DNA from: Candidatus Vogelbacteria bacterium RIFOXYB1_FULL_42_16
GTDB taxonomy: Bacteria; Patescibacteriota; Minisyncoccia; Phycocordibacterales; XYD1-FULL-46-19
DNA: 64,000 nucleotides
Assembly (NCBI GenBank): GCA_001823055.1
Contig: MHTH01000005.1
Location: 34,667-98,666 of the forward strand
Direction of reading: 5' to 3'
This document shows positions 6,801-15,966 of this stretch, in pieces. The position numbers and the translations under genes are program-made. The notes beneath the pieces were generated by a model. That model did not search any database, had not been told where the DNA came from, and worked only from the letters and a program-made list of their open reading frames with translations. Numbering within the stretch: position 1 is the stretch's first letter; each line of letters begins with the position of its first letter.

Positions 6801-8684
6801 ATGTCTTCTCCACAGACGATTAATTATTTTGGTCAAACTGATTTTCGCGGTCGCAAGACTCGTTTTGGCATTAAGGCTGATGATCGCGCTCGCCATATGT
6901 ATATTATCGGCAAGACCGGTATGGGCAAATCAACCATGTTGGAAAACATGGCCATTCAAGATATTAAAAATGGCGAGGGCATGGCTTTTATTGATCCACA
7001 CGGTAAAACCGCCGAACTTCTGCTTGATTATGTGCCACAGGAGCGAATCAAAGATGTTATTTATTTTGCGCCGTTTGATTTGAATTACCCGATTTCTTTC
7101 AATGTGATGGAGGATGTGGGCAAAGATCAACGACACTTAGTGGCCAATGGCTTGATGGCGACTTTCAAAAAAATCTGGCCCGATGTTTGGTCGGCGCGAA
7201 TGGAATATATTTTGAACAATACTATTCTGGCGTTATTGGAATATCCGAATTCGACTTTGTTGGGAGTCAATCGGATGTTGTCGGATAAAAGTTATCGCGA
7301 TGAAGTGGTTAACAATATCTCTGATCCATCGGTCAAATCCTTTTGGGTGGATGAATTTGCCAAATACAATGAGCGATATATGCAAGAAGCCGGCGATGCG
7401 ATCAAAAACAAAATTGGTCAGTTTACTTCCAACCCGCTGATTCGTAATATCATCGGTCAACCGAAATCGACGATCGATATGCGGGCGGTGATGGATGATA
7501 AAAAGATTTTGATAATCAACTTGTCGAAAGGCCGAGTCGGTGAGCAGAACGCCAGTTTGTTGGGTGGGATGATTATCACTAAAATTTATCTCTCGGCCAT
7601 GTCGCGCGCTAATGCTTCCGAAGAAGAGTTGCGTCGTTTACCCTATTTTTATTTTTTTGTGGATGAATTTCAGTCTTTCGTCAACGATTCTTTTGCTGAT
7701 ATTTTATCGGAAGCACGGAAATATAAATTAAGTTTGACGATTGCTCACCAATATGTTGAACAAATGCCAGAAACGGTACGGAGCGCAGTCTTTGGCAACG
7801 TCGGCACGACGATTTGTTTTCGCGTCGGTCCGTTTGACGCCACGTTGTTAGAAGAAATGTTCTCGCCGACTTTTATGAAAGAAGATTTAGTCAATCTTGG
7901 TTTCGCGCAGATCTATTTAACTATGTCGATCGATGGTGTCGGCTCGCCACCTTTTTCGGCCGTGACTTTACCACCAATTGCTACCGCCGAAGAAAGTTAT
8001 AAACCGCGAATTGTAGAATTTTCGCGGGCGGCTTATGCTATGCCGAGAGAAAAAGTAGAAATTGCTATCAATGACTGGCATGAATTAAAATTTGTGACTA
8101 AAAAAAATACCACTAGTCCTTCCAGTCAGAGTAAAGATTTTTCCGCTAGAAAAACCGCCGAACCGTCGATTAAAAAAACGGAGAATCAAGAAAATAAAAG
8201 ATCAGAACCAATAGAGACCAAAAAAGAATCGGTGCCGGTTTCGACTAGACCGCTCAAACCTGCTTCCTTGAATCAACTTCGAAACGATCACCATAAAACA
8301 GTCGGTGGTCACCGTGAAGCTTTACGGAATGCCCTGCAAGACGTCTTAGCCTCCGTGGTGCAAAAAGAAAAACCAGCCGAAAAATCGGCACCAACTATCG
8401 ACGAGAAGGTAGCTAAAGATAAAAGGGGGATTGAGATAGAGAAAAAAGATCCGGTGGCTATTGATGAGGTAAAACCCGCCGACACTAAAAGCTATGGCGA
8501 GGCAAAGCCCGCTTTCACTGAAAGTTCCGGCGAGGCGAAACCAGTCTCCGCCAAAGGCTCCCAGCCTCCACAAAGTTTCGGCGGGCAGGCCGGCGAGGCG
8601 AGACCCGCCTCCGCCAAAGGCTATGGCGAGGCGAGGGAGGCGCCAGCCGAGCTCTTGAAAAAAATCCTGGCTGGTGAAGAATAG
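6801..8684 (+). CDS. P-loop ATPase, VirD4/TraG/TraD-like type IV coupling protein family, with a low-complexity GEAKPASAKG-repeat C-terminal tail
   Basis: Walker A IIGKTGMGKST and Walker B FFVDEFQSF. The overall architecture resembles T4SS coupling proteins (TraG-D_C-like region). The C-terminus carries degenerate tandem 33-nt repeats. Confidence 0.5.
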   Translation: MSSPQTINYFGQTDFRGRKTRFGIKADDRARHMYIIGKTGMGKSTMLENMAIQDIKNGEGMAFIDPHGKTAELLLDYVPQERIKDVIYFAPFDLNYPISFNVMEDVGKDQRHLVANGLMATFKKIWPDVWSARMEYILNNTILALLEYPNSTLLGVNRMLSDKSYRDEVVNNISDPSVKSFWVDEFAKYNERYMQEAGDAIKNKIGQFTSNPLIRNIIGQPKSTIDMRAVMDDKKILIINLSKGRVGEQNASLLGGMIITKIYLSAMSRANASEEELRRLPYFYFFVDEFQSFVNDSFADILSEARKYKLSLTIAHQYVEQMPETVRSAVFGNVGTTICFRVGPFDATLLEEMFSPTFMKEDLVNLGFAQIYLTMSIDGVGSPPFSAVTLPPIATAEESYKPRIVEFSRAAYAMPREKVEIAINDWHELKFVTKKNTTSPSSQSKDFSARKTAEPSIKKTENQENKRSEPIETKKESVPVSTRPLKPASLNQLRNDHHKTVGGHREALRNALQDVLASVVQKEKPAEKSAPTIDEKVAKDKRGIEIEKKDPVAIDEVKPADTKSYGEAKPAFTESSGEAKPVSAKGSQPPQSFGGQAGEARPASAKGYGEAREAPAELLKKILAGEE

Positions 8685-9813
8685 CTCTATGAGACGAATT
8701 TTAATCTATTCAACCGCTTATTTCCCTCTGGTGGGTGGAGCCGAAGTGGCGATTAGAGAATTGACCGATCGCTTGCCAGAAGACGATTTCGAGCTCATAA
8801 CGGCTCGTTTAAGGCCAAATTTGCCCCGTAGAGAGCAGATTGGACGGGTTTTGGTCCATCGCTTTGGTTTGGGTTTTTTCGGCGACAAAGCCCTCTTGGC
8901 ACTCTTTGGCGGTTTTTATGGTTGGTCATTACACCAGAAAAAACCTTTTGACTTAGTCTGGGGGGTGATGGCTAGTTTTGGTGGTTTTGGCGCCCTAGCT
9001 TTCAAAAAACGGGAACCGAGCGTGCCATTTTTATTGACTTTGCAAGAGGGTGACGAGCTTAAAGAAATTGAACATAAGGCGCGCTTCCTTCGAGGTCATT
9101 TTGTTGATATTTTTCGTCGCGCCGATCATATCCAAGCGATTTCCAATTATTTGGCCGATTGGGCTAGAAAATTAGGTGCCAGTTGCCCAATCGAGGTGGT
9201 GCCAAACGGCGTTGATTTAAAAAAGTTTAAATTGATTGCTAAAAAGGCCGATAAAAATTTTAATGAGAAAATAATCGTCTCGGCTTCGCGTTTGGTGAAG
9301 AAAAATGGTTTAGCTGATCTGGTCTTAGCTTTAAAGTTTTTGCCGAGCCACGTGAAATTATGGCTTTTGGGTGAAGGTGAGGAACAAAAATATTTAAAGC
9401 AATTGATCGAAGAAAGTGGTTTAAACAGTCGAGTCAAGATGCTCGGCTTTATGTCGCCGGAAAAATTACCTGAATTTTATGCTCAAGTCGATATTTTTGC
9501 CCGGCCGTCTCATTCAGAGGGTCTAGGTAACGCTTTTTTGGAAGCGATGGCCTGTGGTTTGCCAGTGGTGGGAACAAGGGTGGGCGGGATTGCTGATTTT
9601 TTGGTTGATAAAGAAACCGGTTTTGTTTGTGAAGTGGCCAATCCGGAAAATGTCGCTAGCAAGATTTCTTATATTCTTGATCCGCAAAATGAAAGCGAAG
9701 TAAATGATATTTTGGCGCGAGCGAAAAAAATGATTATCGAAAAATATGATTGGGATATTTTAGCGCCAAAATTTGAGAATATTTTTACCAAATTATGTCT
9801 GAAAAACCAGTAA
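8674..9813 (+). CDS. Glycosyltransferase family 4 (GT-B, RfaG-like)
   Basis: EGLGNAFLEAMACGLPVVGT motif (GT4 E-x7-E region). Confidence 0.8.
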   Translation: MKNSSMRRILIYSTAYFPLVGGAEVAIRELTDRLPEDDFELITARLRPNLPRREQIGRVLVHRFGLGFFGDKALLALFGGFYGWSLHQKKPFDLVWGVMASFGGFGALAFKKREPSVPFLLTLQEGDELKEIEHKARFLRGHFVDIFRRADHIQAISNYLADWARKLGASCPIEVVPNGVDLKKFKLIAKKADKNFNEKIIVSASRLVKKNGLADLVLALKFLPSHVKLWLLGEGEEQKYLKQLIEESGLNSRVKMLGFMSPEKLPEFYAQVDIFARPSHSEGLGNAFLEAMACGLPVVGTRVGGIADFLVDKETGFVCEVANPENVASKISYILDPQNESEVNDILARAKKMIIEKYDWDILAPKFENIFTKLCLKNQ

Positions 9814-10928
9814 TTTTAATCGCGACGGGTTTATTTCCGCCGGATATTGGCGGTCCCGCCACTTATTCCAAGATTCTAGCTGAAGAATTGCCGGCGCGTG
9901 GTTTTGAGGTGAAAATTTTAAGTTTTGGTGAAGTGAGAAAATATCCGAAAATTATTCGTCATTTTATTTATTTTTTAAAAATCATCAAACGAGGTTGGTC
10001 GGCGGATATTATTTATGCCCAAGATCCGGTCTCGGTCGGTTTGCCGGTCATGTTCGCTAGTTTTTGTTTAGGGCGATCGTATTGGCTCAAGGTGGTCGGC
10101 GATTATGCTTGGGAGCAGGGTAGCCAACGAGCGGGAGTGATGGAAATGTTGGATATTTTTTCAGCTAAAAAAACTGACGATAGTTTTTTGGTTAGGATTT
10201 TAAAATCTACCCAGACTTTAGTGGCGAAAAGAGCTAAAAAAATTATTGTGCCGAGTCAGTATCTTAAAAAGATTATTAGTAATTGGGGGATCAATTCGGA
10301 AAAAGTTAAAGTTATTTACAATGCTTTTGAGGGCAAAAATTTAGAATTAAATCTTGATCAGGCTCGACTAGAATTGGGTTTGGATTTGGGTGATAAAATT
10401 TTAATCAGTGTCGGTCGATTGGTGCCATGGAAAGGCTTTTTGACCTTAATCGCGATTATGCCAAAAATTTTAGTCAAATATCCTTCGACCAAACTATTGA
10501 TTGTTGGTGATGGGCCGGAAGAAAATAATTTAGCAGACCAAATTAAAGAAAATAATTTAGAAAAATCAATCATCATGTTGGGACGATTGGAACAATTAAA
10601 ACTTTTTAAATACCTTCGAACGGCCGATCTTTTTATTCTCAATACTGCTTACGAAGGTTTTTCTCATCAGTTATTGGAAGTGATGAACTTGGGTACCCCG
10701 ATTGCGACTACTCGGATTGGTGGCAATCCGGAATTAATTAATGATAGTAAGAATGGTTTGTTGTTTGGGTATGACAATCAAGAGGAAATTTTTTTGGCGA
10801 TTGATAAGATTTTTACCGATCAGACCTTGGCCGATAATTTGGTGTCTAGTGCCAAAGAAACCGCTAAAGGTTTTACCCGTGCTAAAATGGTAGATAGTTT
10901 AGTGACCGAATTTAAAAAATGCGAATAA
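9795..10928 (+). CDS. Glycosyltransferase family 4
   Basis: GT4-like C-terminal domain (EGFSHQLLEVMNLGTPIATTRIGG). Confidence 0.8.
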   Translation: MSEKPVILIATGLFPPDIGGPATYSKILAEELPARGFEVKILSFGEVRKYPKIIRHFIYFLKIIKRGWSADIIYAQDPVSVGLPVMFASFCLGRSYWLKVVGDYAWEQGSQRAGVMEMLDIFSAKKTDDSFLVRILKSTQTLVAKRAKKIIVPSQYLKKIISNWGINSEKVKVIYNAFEGKNLELNLDQARLELGLDLGDKILISVGRLVPWKGFLTLIAIMPKILVKYPSTKLLIVGDGPEENNLADQIKENNLEKSIIMLGRLEQLKLFKYLRTADLFILNTAYEGFSHQLLEVMNLGTPIATTRIGGNPELINDSKNGLLFGYDNQEEIFLAIDKIFTDQTLADNLVSSAKETAKGFTRAKMVDSLVTEFKKCE

Positions 10929-11055
10929 AAAGATGAGTCCTGTTAGAAACCGCGATCGCGGCAGAGATAAAACAAATAATATGCAAATAAATTACCAGAA
11001 ATTAGTTAATACAGTAAACGATCGAGAGATCGCGATCTGTTTCTAACAGGATGAG
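10929..11055 (+). repeat. ~125-bp palindromic intergenic element, copy A (terminal inverted repeats TCCTGTTAGAAAC...GTTTCTAACAGGA, central AATTACCAGA); may be a MITE or a structured cis-regulatory RNA
   Basis: It begins 3 nt after the upstream stop. Its 3' arm contains the ATG of the 11051 gene. The arms pair over ~22 bp, and a second copy at 13017 shows compensatory changes. Confidence 0.6.
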
Positions 11056-12160
11056 AGTTTTAAGTCTAAGTAATGATCAAAGTTTGTTTAATGATCAATC
11101 GGTGGCTTCTAGGCGCTTGATTGGTTATGGGACGATCGTGGCACGTTTGATGGTGGTCGTGCCGAATCGTTATGATCTTCGTCATGAATTGTCGGATAAG
11201 GTGGAAGTGGTGGGGGTGGGCGGTTGGAGCAAAGAAATAATTTGGTGGCGGTTATGGAAAAAAGCCGGCAAAATTTTAAGTCATGATAATTTTACGCTCA
11301 TTACCGTTCAAGATACTTATTTTATTGCCCTCATCGCTTGGCGCTTGGCGCGAAAATTTAGGTTGCCTTTAGAGATTCAAGTTCACGGCTTCGAGCGTTT
11401 TCATGATGTAAGGAAGTTTTTGGCCAGATTTTTATTACCGCGAGCTGATGGCGTGCGGGTGGTTAGCCAGAGATTAAAGCAGACTTTGGTCGAAGATTTC
11501 AAAGTTCCGGAGGGAAAAATTTCCGTGGTGCCGATTTTTTCTGATTTTAAATGTGAAAAAATTGCTAGTGAAATTTCAACATCAGACAGTGTTTTTTCGG
11601 CTAAAAATCAGGATGAATTTATTTTTTTAACCGTCTCGCGATTAGTCAAAGTTAAAAAGATTGAGACACAAATTGAAGCTTTGCGAGAAATCAGAACTTT
11701 GCATCCAGAAGCAAAATTGTGGATTGTTGGCGACGGTCCAGAGAGAGCCAGTCTAGAACGCTTGGTGGCGGTGATGGGGTTACAGGAAGCGGTTAGGTTT
11801 TGGGGGCGACAAGATGATTTGGCTAATTTTTATCAAACCGCCGATGTCTTTATTTTGACTTCGGATAGTGAAGGTTGGGGTCTGGCGGTCATCGAAGCGG
11901 GGATTTGTGGCTTGCCGGTTTTAATGACGGATGTCGGCTTGGCCGGAGAAGTTGTCATCACTAACGAATCTGGTCTAGTGGTGCCGATTGGCGACTTAGG
12001 TGCTTTGGTGGCCAATATGAGACTAATGATTGAAGATCAAAATTTGCGCCAAACATTAGCCTCAGGATTGAATCTGGTTATTAAAAAATTACCTAATAAA
12101 AATGAGACCTTGGAACTTTACAGACGGGGTTGGGAAAGATTACTATCAAGAAATGGATAA
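11051..12160 (+). CDS. Glycosyltransferase family 4
   Basis: SDSEGWGLAVIEAGICGLPVLMTDVG motif. Confidence 0.75.
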   Translation: MRVLSLSNDQSLFNDQSVASRRLIGYGTIVARLMVVVPNRYDLRHELSDKVEVVGVGGWSKEIIWWRLWKKAGKILSHDNFTLITVQDTYFIALIAWRLARKFRLPLEIQVHGFERFHDVRKFLARFLLPRADGVRVVSQRLKQTLVEDFKVPEGKISVVPIFSDFKCEKIASEISTSDSVFSAKNQDEFIFLTVSRLVKVKKIETQIEALREIRTLHPEAKLWIVGDGPERASLERLVAVMGLQEAVRFWGRQDDLANFYQTADVFILTSDSEGWGLAVIEAGICGLPVLMTDVGLAGEVVITNESGLVVPIGDLGALVANMRLMIEDQNLRQTLASGLNLVIKKLPNKNETLELYRRGWERLLSRNG

Positions 12161-13013
12161 TCATAAACTGAAAATCGGTTTTGTCGGCCAAGGTTGGATC
12201 GGTAAAAATTACGCTGATAATTTTGAGGAACGCGGTTTTGAGGTGATTCGTTATGCTTTAGAAAATGGTTATGATGGCAATAAAGACAAAATTAAAGATT
12301 GCGATATCGTTTTTATTGCTGTACCCACCCCGACAACGCCGAAGGGTTTCGACGACAGTATTGTTCGTCAAGCCGTGGCTTTGGTCGGTCAAGGTAAAAT
12401 CGCGGTCATTAAATCAACTATTTTGCCCGGTACGACCGAATCAATCCAAAAACAATATCCAGAGGTTTTTGTTTTTCATTCGCCGGAATTTTTGACGGAA
12501 AGAACTGCCGCTTATGATGTGGCTAATCCCGGGCGAAATATCATCGGTAGTCCGATTGAGAGTGGGGAATATACTAAAAAAGCCGAAGAAGTCTTGGCGA
12601 TTTTACCGCCGGCGCCATTGGTAAAAATTTGTCGCGCTCGCGAAGCTGAATTATTCAAATATGGTCGGAATTGTTTTTTCTTTACCAAAGTTATTTTTAT
12701 GAATTTACTCTATGATTTGGCGGAGAAAAATGATTGTCGCTGGGAGGTGTTGCATGAGATTATGACCGCTGACCCTTGGATTGGCAATATGCATATTGAC
12801 CCGATTCATAAAAGTGGTCGTGGGGCCGGTGGCCATTGTTTTATCAAAGATTTTTCTTCTTTTGTCGATTTTTATCAAAAAACTGTGGGCGACAAAGAAG
12901 GTGGCGAAGTTTTGAAAGCTAATCTTAATAAAAACATGAAATTATTACTTGATTCGGGTAAAGACCTTGATTTATTGCGAGGCGTTCATGGAGATGACAT
13001 CATTCCTACCTAA
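12153..13013 (+). CDS. UDP-glucose/GDP-mannose dehydrogenase family protein, C-terminal UDP-binding domain absent (truncated?)
   Basis: N-terminal GxGxxG Rossmann motif (KIGFVGQGWIG), ...DIVFIAVPTP..., KSTILPGTT, and catalytic-Cys motif GAGGHCFIKD. The ORF ends ~100 aa earlier than typical UGDH, immediately before palindromic element B. The start is taken at the ATG at 12153. Confidence 0.5.
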   Translation: MDNHKLKIGFVGQGWIGKNYADNFEERGFEVIRYALENGYDGNKDKIKDCDIVFIAVPTPTTPKGFDDSIVRQAVALVGQGKIAVIKSTILPGTTESIQKQYPEVFVFHSPEFLTERTAAYDVANPGRNIIGSPIESGEYTKKAEEVLAILPPAPLVKICRAREAELFKYGRNCFFFTKVIFMNLLYDLAEKNDCRWEVLHEIMTADPWIGNMHIDPIHKSGRGAGGHCFIKDFSSFVDFYQKTVGDKEGGEVLKANLNKNMKLLLDSGKDLDLLRGVHGDDIIPT

Positions 13014-13016
13014 AAA

Positions 13017-13146
13017 TAGATGAATCCCGTTAGAGGCCACGATCACTAGTAAGATTAAAAAATGTATCATAAACCAAACAATTACCAGAGCTTAATTTAT
13101 TTAGAAAACGATTTAGTGGTCGTGATCTGCCTTTAACGGGATGAAA
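13017..13146 (+). repeat. ~125-bp palindromic intergenic element, copy B (ATCCCGTTAGAGGCC...GGCCTTTAACGGGAT arms, central AATTACCAGA)
   Basis: Same architecture and central motif as copy A, and the same placement: it starts just after a stop codon and ends with the ATG of the 13141 gene. Arm substitutions relative to copy A are compensatory. Confidence 0.6.
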
Positions 13147-14187
13147 TTATTGATTATTACCCAAAAAGTGGACATTAATGATCCGATCCTCGGCTTTTTT
13201 CATCGGTGGATTGAGGAATTTGCTAAACATGGCGAAAAAGTGACGGTAATTTGTTTACAGCAAGGGGAATATCATTTACCAGCCGAAGTGCGAGTTCTAT
13301 CTTTAGGTAAGGAAAATGGTCAATCTCGCTTGAAGTATCTTTGGAATTTTTACAAATATCTTTGGCAAGAGCGCAAAAATTATGACAAAGTTTTTGTGCA
13401 TATGAACCCAGTTTATATTATTTTGGCTGGTTGGTGGTGGCAATTGGCCAATAAATTAGTTTTTCTCTGGTATACTCATCGCCAAGTTGATTTAAAATTG
13501 AGAATAGCCGAAAAATTTGTTAATAAAATATTTACCGCCGCTCCAGAAAGTTTTACTTTAGTTAGTAAAAAAGTCTGTGTGGTAGGCCACGGCATTGATG
13601 TTGGCGCTTTTGCTTGCCCAATTCGTAATATTGATAATCAAAAAATTAATTTGCTTCATGTGGGCAGAATTACTAGAATTAAAAATTGTGATATCTTCAT
13701 CGAGGCTGTTCGATTGCTGCGTGAAAATTACCAGCGATCAGTTAAAGCGGTTTTTATCGGCGAAGCTGTGACAGTGGATGATGTTGTTTATAAACAAAAA
13801 TTACTAAATCAAATCAATCAATCTGGCCTCGATGGAGTGGTTGAATTTCGAGGCAGTGTCGCTAATCGGGAGATGCGAGAACAGTATTGTATGGCTGATT
13901 TGACTGTCAATTTGACCCCGACCGGCGGAATCGATAAATCGGTTTTGGAATCGATGGCGGCTGGTGCACCAGTGCTGACCTCTAACCAAGCTTTTAGATA
14001 TTATTTTGGAGAATATGCTAGTACTCTTTTGTTTATAGAGAGAGATGCGGGTGATTTGGCCAGCAAAATCGCTGAACTAGTTTTTAATAAAGATTTTCAG
14101 CAAATTGGTGTTAATTTAAAAAAAATAGTTTCAGAAAGGTCTGATGTAAAGAATTTGATTAAAAAAATGGTTAGTCAAATGTCATGA
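13141..14187 (+). CDS. Glycosyltransferase (GT4-like, GT-B fold)
   Basis: C-terminal GGIDKSVLESMAAGAPVLTS motif. Confidence 0.7.
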   Translation: MKLLIITQKVDINDPILGFFHRWIEEFAKHGEKVTVICLQQGEYHLPAEVRVLSLGKENGQSRLKYLWNFYKYLWQERKNYDKVFVHMNPVYIILAGWWWQLANKLVFLWYTHRQVDLKLRIAEKFVNKIFTAAPESFTLVSKKVCVVGHGIDVGAFACPIRNIDNQKINLLHVGRITRIKNCDIFIEAVRLLRENYQRSVKAVFIGEAVTVDDVVYKQKLLNQINQSGLDGVVEFRGSVANREMREQYCMADLTVNLTPTGGIDKSVLESMAAGAPVLTSNQAFRYYFGEYASTLLFIERDAGDLASKIAELVFNKDFQQIGVNLKKIVSERSDVKNLIKKMVSQMS

Positions 14188-15251
14188 AGACGATTTGTTT
14201 TTTTGGTATCTATGATCGCAATTATTCTCGAAACAGAATTTTGATGGTTGGTTTTAAAAAAAATAATTGGCAGGTGATTGAGTGTCTGGTTGATCCTAAA
14301 AAATATCATGGCTGGAAAAAATACTGGCAATTATTAAATGAACGCAAGCTTTTAAATATTGAACCAGACCTCGTTTTGGTTGCTTATCCTGGTCAAACAA
14401 TGGTTTGGTTGGCTCGCTTGTTATTTTTGCGCAAGTTACTCGTTTTTGATGCTTTTACCTCACTATATGACTCCAATGTTTTTGATCGCCGACTTTATGG
14501 TCAGTGGAGCTGGAGAGGTGGTCGAGATTTTTTATTAGATTGGCACAGTTTGTTTTTAGCCGATAGAGTTTTAGTTGACACGCATCGAAATGCTAAATAT
14601 TTTCAAAAAACTTTTAGGATTAAGGCAAAAAAATTCATCAGAGTTTTTGTCGGCACAACCATTGGTAGTGAATTTTTGACTGAAGAAAAACGCAAAAAAG
14701 ATGACAATATCTTCCTAGTCCATTTTCATGGGCACTACATTCCTTTACAGGGGATAGAGTATATAGTAAAAGCGGCCAAAATTTTAGAAAAAGAAAAAGA
14801 CATAAAATTTAGGATTATTGGCCATGGTCAAGAGTTTGGAAAAATTTCTCAATTAGTTGAAAGGTTAAAATCCGTCAATATTGAATTTTCCCTGGAGGTT
14901 TCTTTTGTTGCTTTAAAACAGATGATACTCGAATCGGATCTAGTCTTAGGTATTTTTGGTATTACGCCAAAAGCTGAACGGGTTATACCCAACAAGGTTT
15001 TTGAAGGGTTGGCTCTAGGTAAGGCTGTTCTAACTGCTGATACGCCAGCTATCCGCGAACTTCTTATTGACGGAGAGAATGTGTTATTATGTCAAGCGGG
15101 CAATCCGAAAGATTTAGCCCAAAAAATTATTTTTTTACACGAGAATCCAAGATTGGCTGAGAAAATTGCCACTAATGGTCAGAACTTAATTGTCCGGGAA
15201 ATTAACCCCCAAAAATTAGTAAAAAAATTAATCTTCAATCTTAATATCTAA
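14184..15251 (+). CDS. Glycosyltransferase (GT-B fold, GT4/GT1-like)
   Basis: VIPNKVFEGLALGKAVLTADTPAIRELL motif. Overlaps the upstream gene by 4 nt (operonic). Confidence 0.65.
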   Translation: MKTICFFGIYDRNYSRNRILMVGFKKNNWQVIECLVDPKKYHGWKKYWQLLNERKLLNIEPDLVLVAYPGQTMVWLARLLFLRKLLVFDAFTSLYDSNVFDRRLYGQWSWRGGRDFLLDWHSLFLADRVLVDTHRNAKYFQKTFRIKAKKFIRVFVGTTIGSEFLTEEKRKKDDNIFLVHFHGHYIPLQGIEYIVKAAKILEKEKDIKFRIIGHGQEFGKISQLVERLKSVNIEFSLEVSFVALKQMILESDLVLGIFGITPKAERVIPNKVFEGLALGKAVLTADTPAIRELLIDGENVLLCQAGNPKDLAQKIIFLHENPRLAEKIATNGQNLIVREINPQKLVKKLIFNLNI

Positions 15252-15266
15252 GTTTTTCAATCGATT

Positions 15267-15959
15267 ATGTTTTATTTTGCCAATACCAGAAAGCCAAATT
15301 TTAATAAAATTGAGAAAATCAACTACAATCGATATTGGCAGGAAAGAGGTTTTGAATTGAACAAAAAATTGAAAGAAAGGGAAGAAATTATCCTTGATCT
15401 TATTCCGGTCGGGGCAAAGGTTTTAGATATTGGTTGCGGTAATTCTCGCTTGCCGGTAGTTCTTAAAGCAAAAGGTTGTTTGCTAACAGTGGCTGATATT
15501 TCGGGTGAAGTGCTGGCCGGTTATCGGCAATATGATCTGGAAGGGTGGATAATTGATTTAGAAAACATCAAGCCTGATTTACCTGATTCTGATTATGACT
15601 TTATAATCTTGAGTGAAGTTTTGGAACATACCACTAATCCGGAGGAGATAATTTTAACACTTAAAAAACACACGAAAAATTTTATCATTACTATTCCCAA
15701 TAGCGCTTTTTACCGCTATCGTTTCCAGCTGATGTTTGTCGGTCGTTTTTTTACTCAATGGGTTTACCATCCGTCCGAGCACTTGCGTTTTTGGTCACAT
15801 CTTGATTTTCTTGATTGGCTAAGAGCTTTAGATTTAAAAATGATTAAAACCATTTCTTCCAACGGCCTTTCTTTTGGTGGCTTGATGCCATGGTTAAAGT
15901 ATATTTGGCCGAATCTGTTTGGCCATCAAATAGTTTATTATTGTTCAGTAAAGAAATAA
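15267..15959 (+). CDS. Class I SAM-dependent methyltransferase
   Basis: VLDIGCGNSRL glycine-rich SAM-binding motif I. Confidence 0.6.
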   Translation: MFYFANTRKPNFNKIEKINYNRYWQERGFELNKKLKEREEIILDLIPVGAKVLDIGCGNSRLPVVLKAKGCLLTVADISGEVLAGYRQYDLEGWIIDLENIKPDLPDSDYDFIILSEVLEHTTNPEEIILTLKKHTKNFIITIPNSAFYRYRFQLMFVGRFFTQWVYHPSEHLRFWSHLDFLDWLRALDLKMIKTISSNGLSFGGLMPWLKYIWPNLFGHQIVYYCSVKK

Positions 15960-15966
15960 TAATCAG

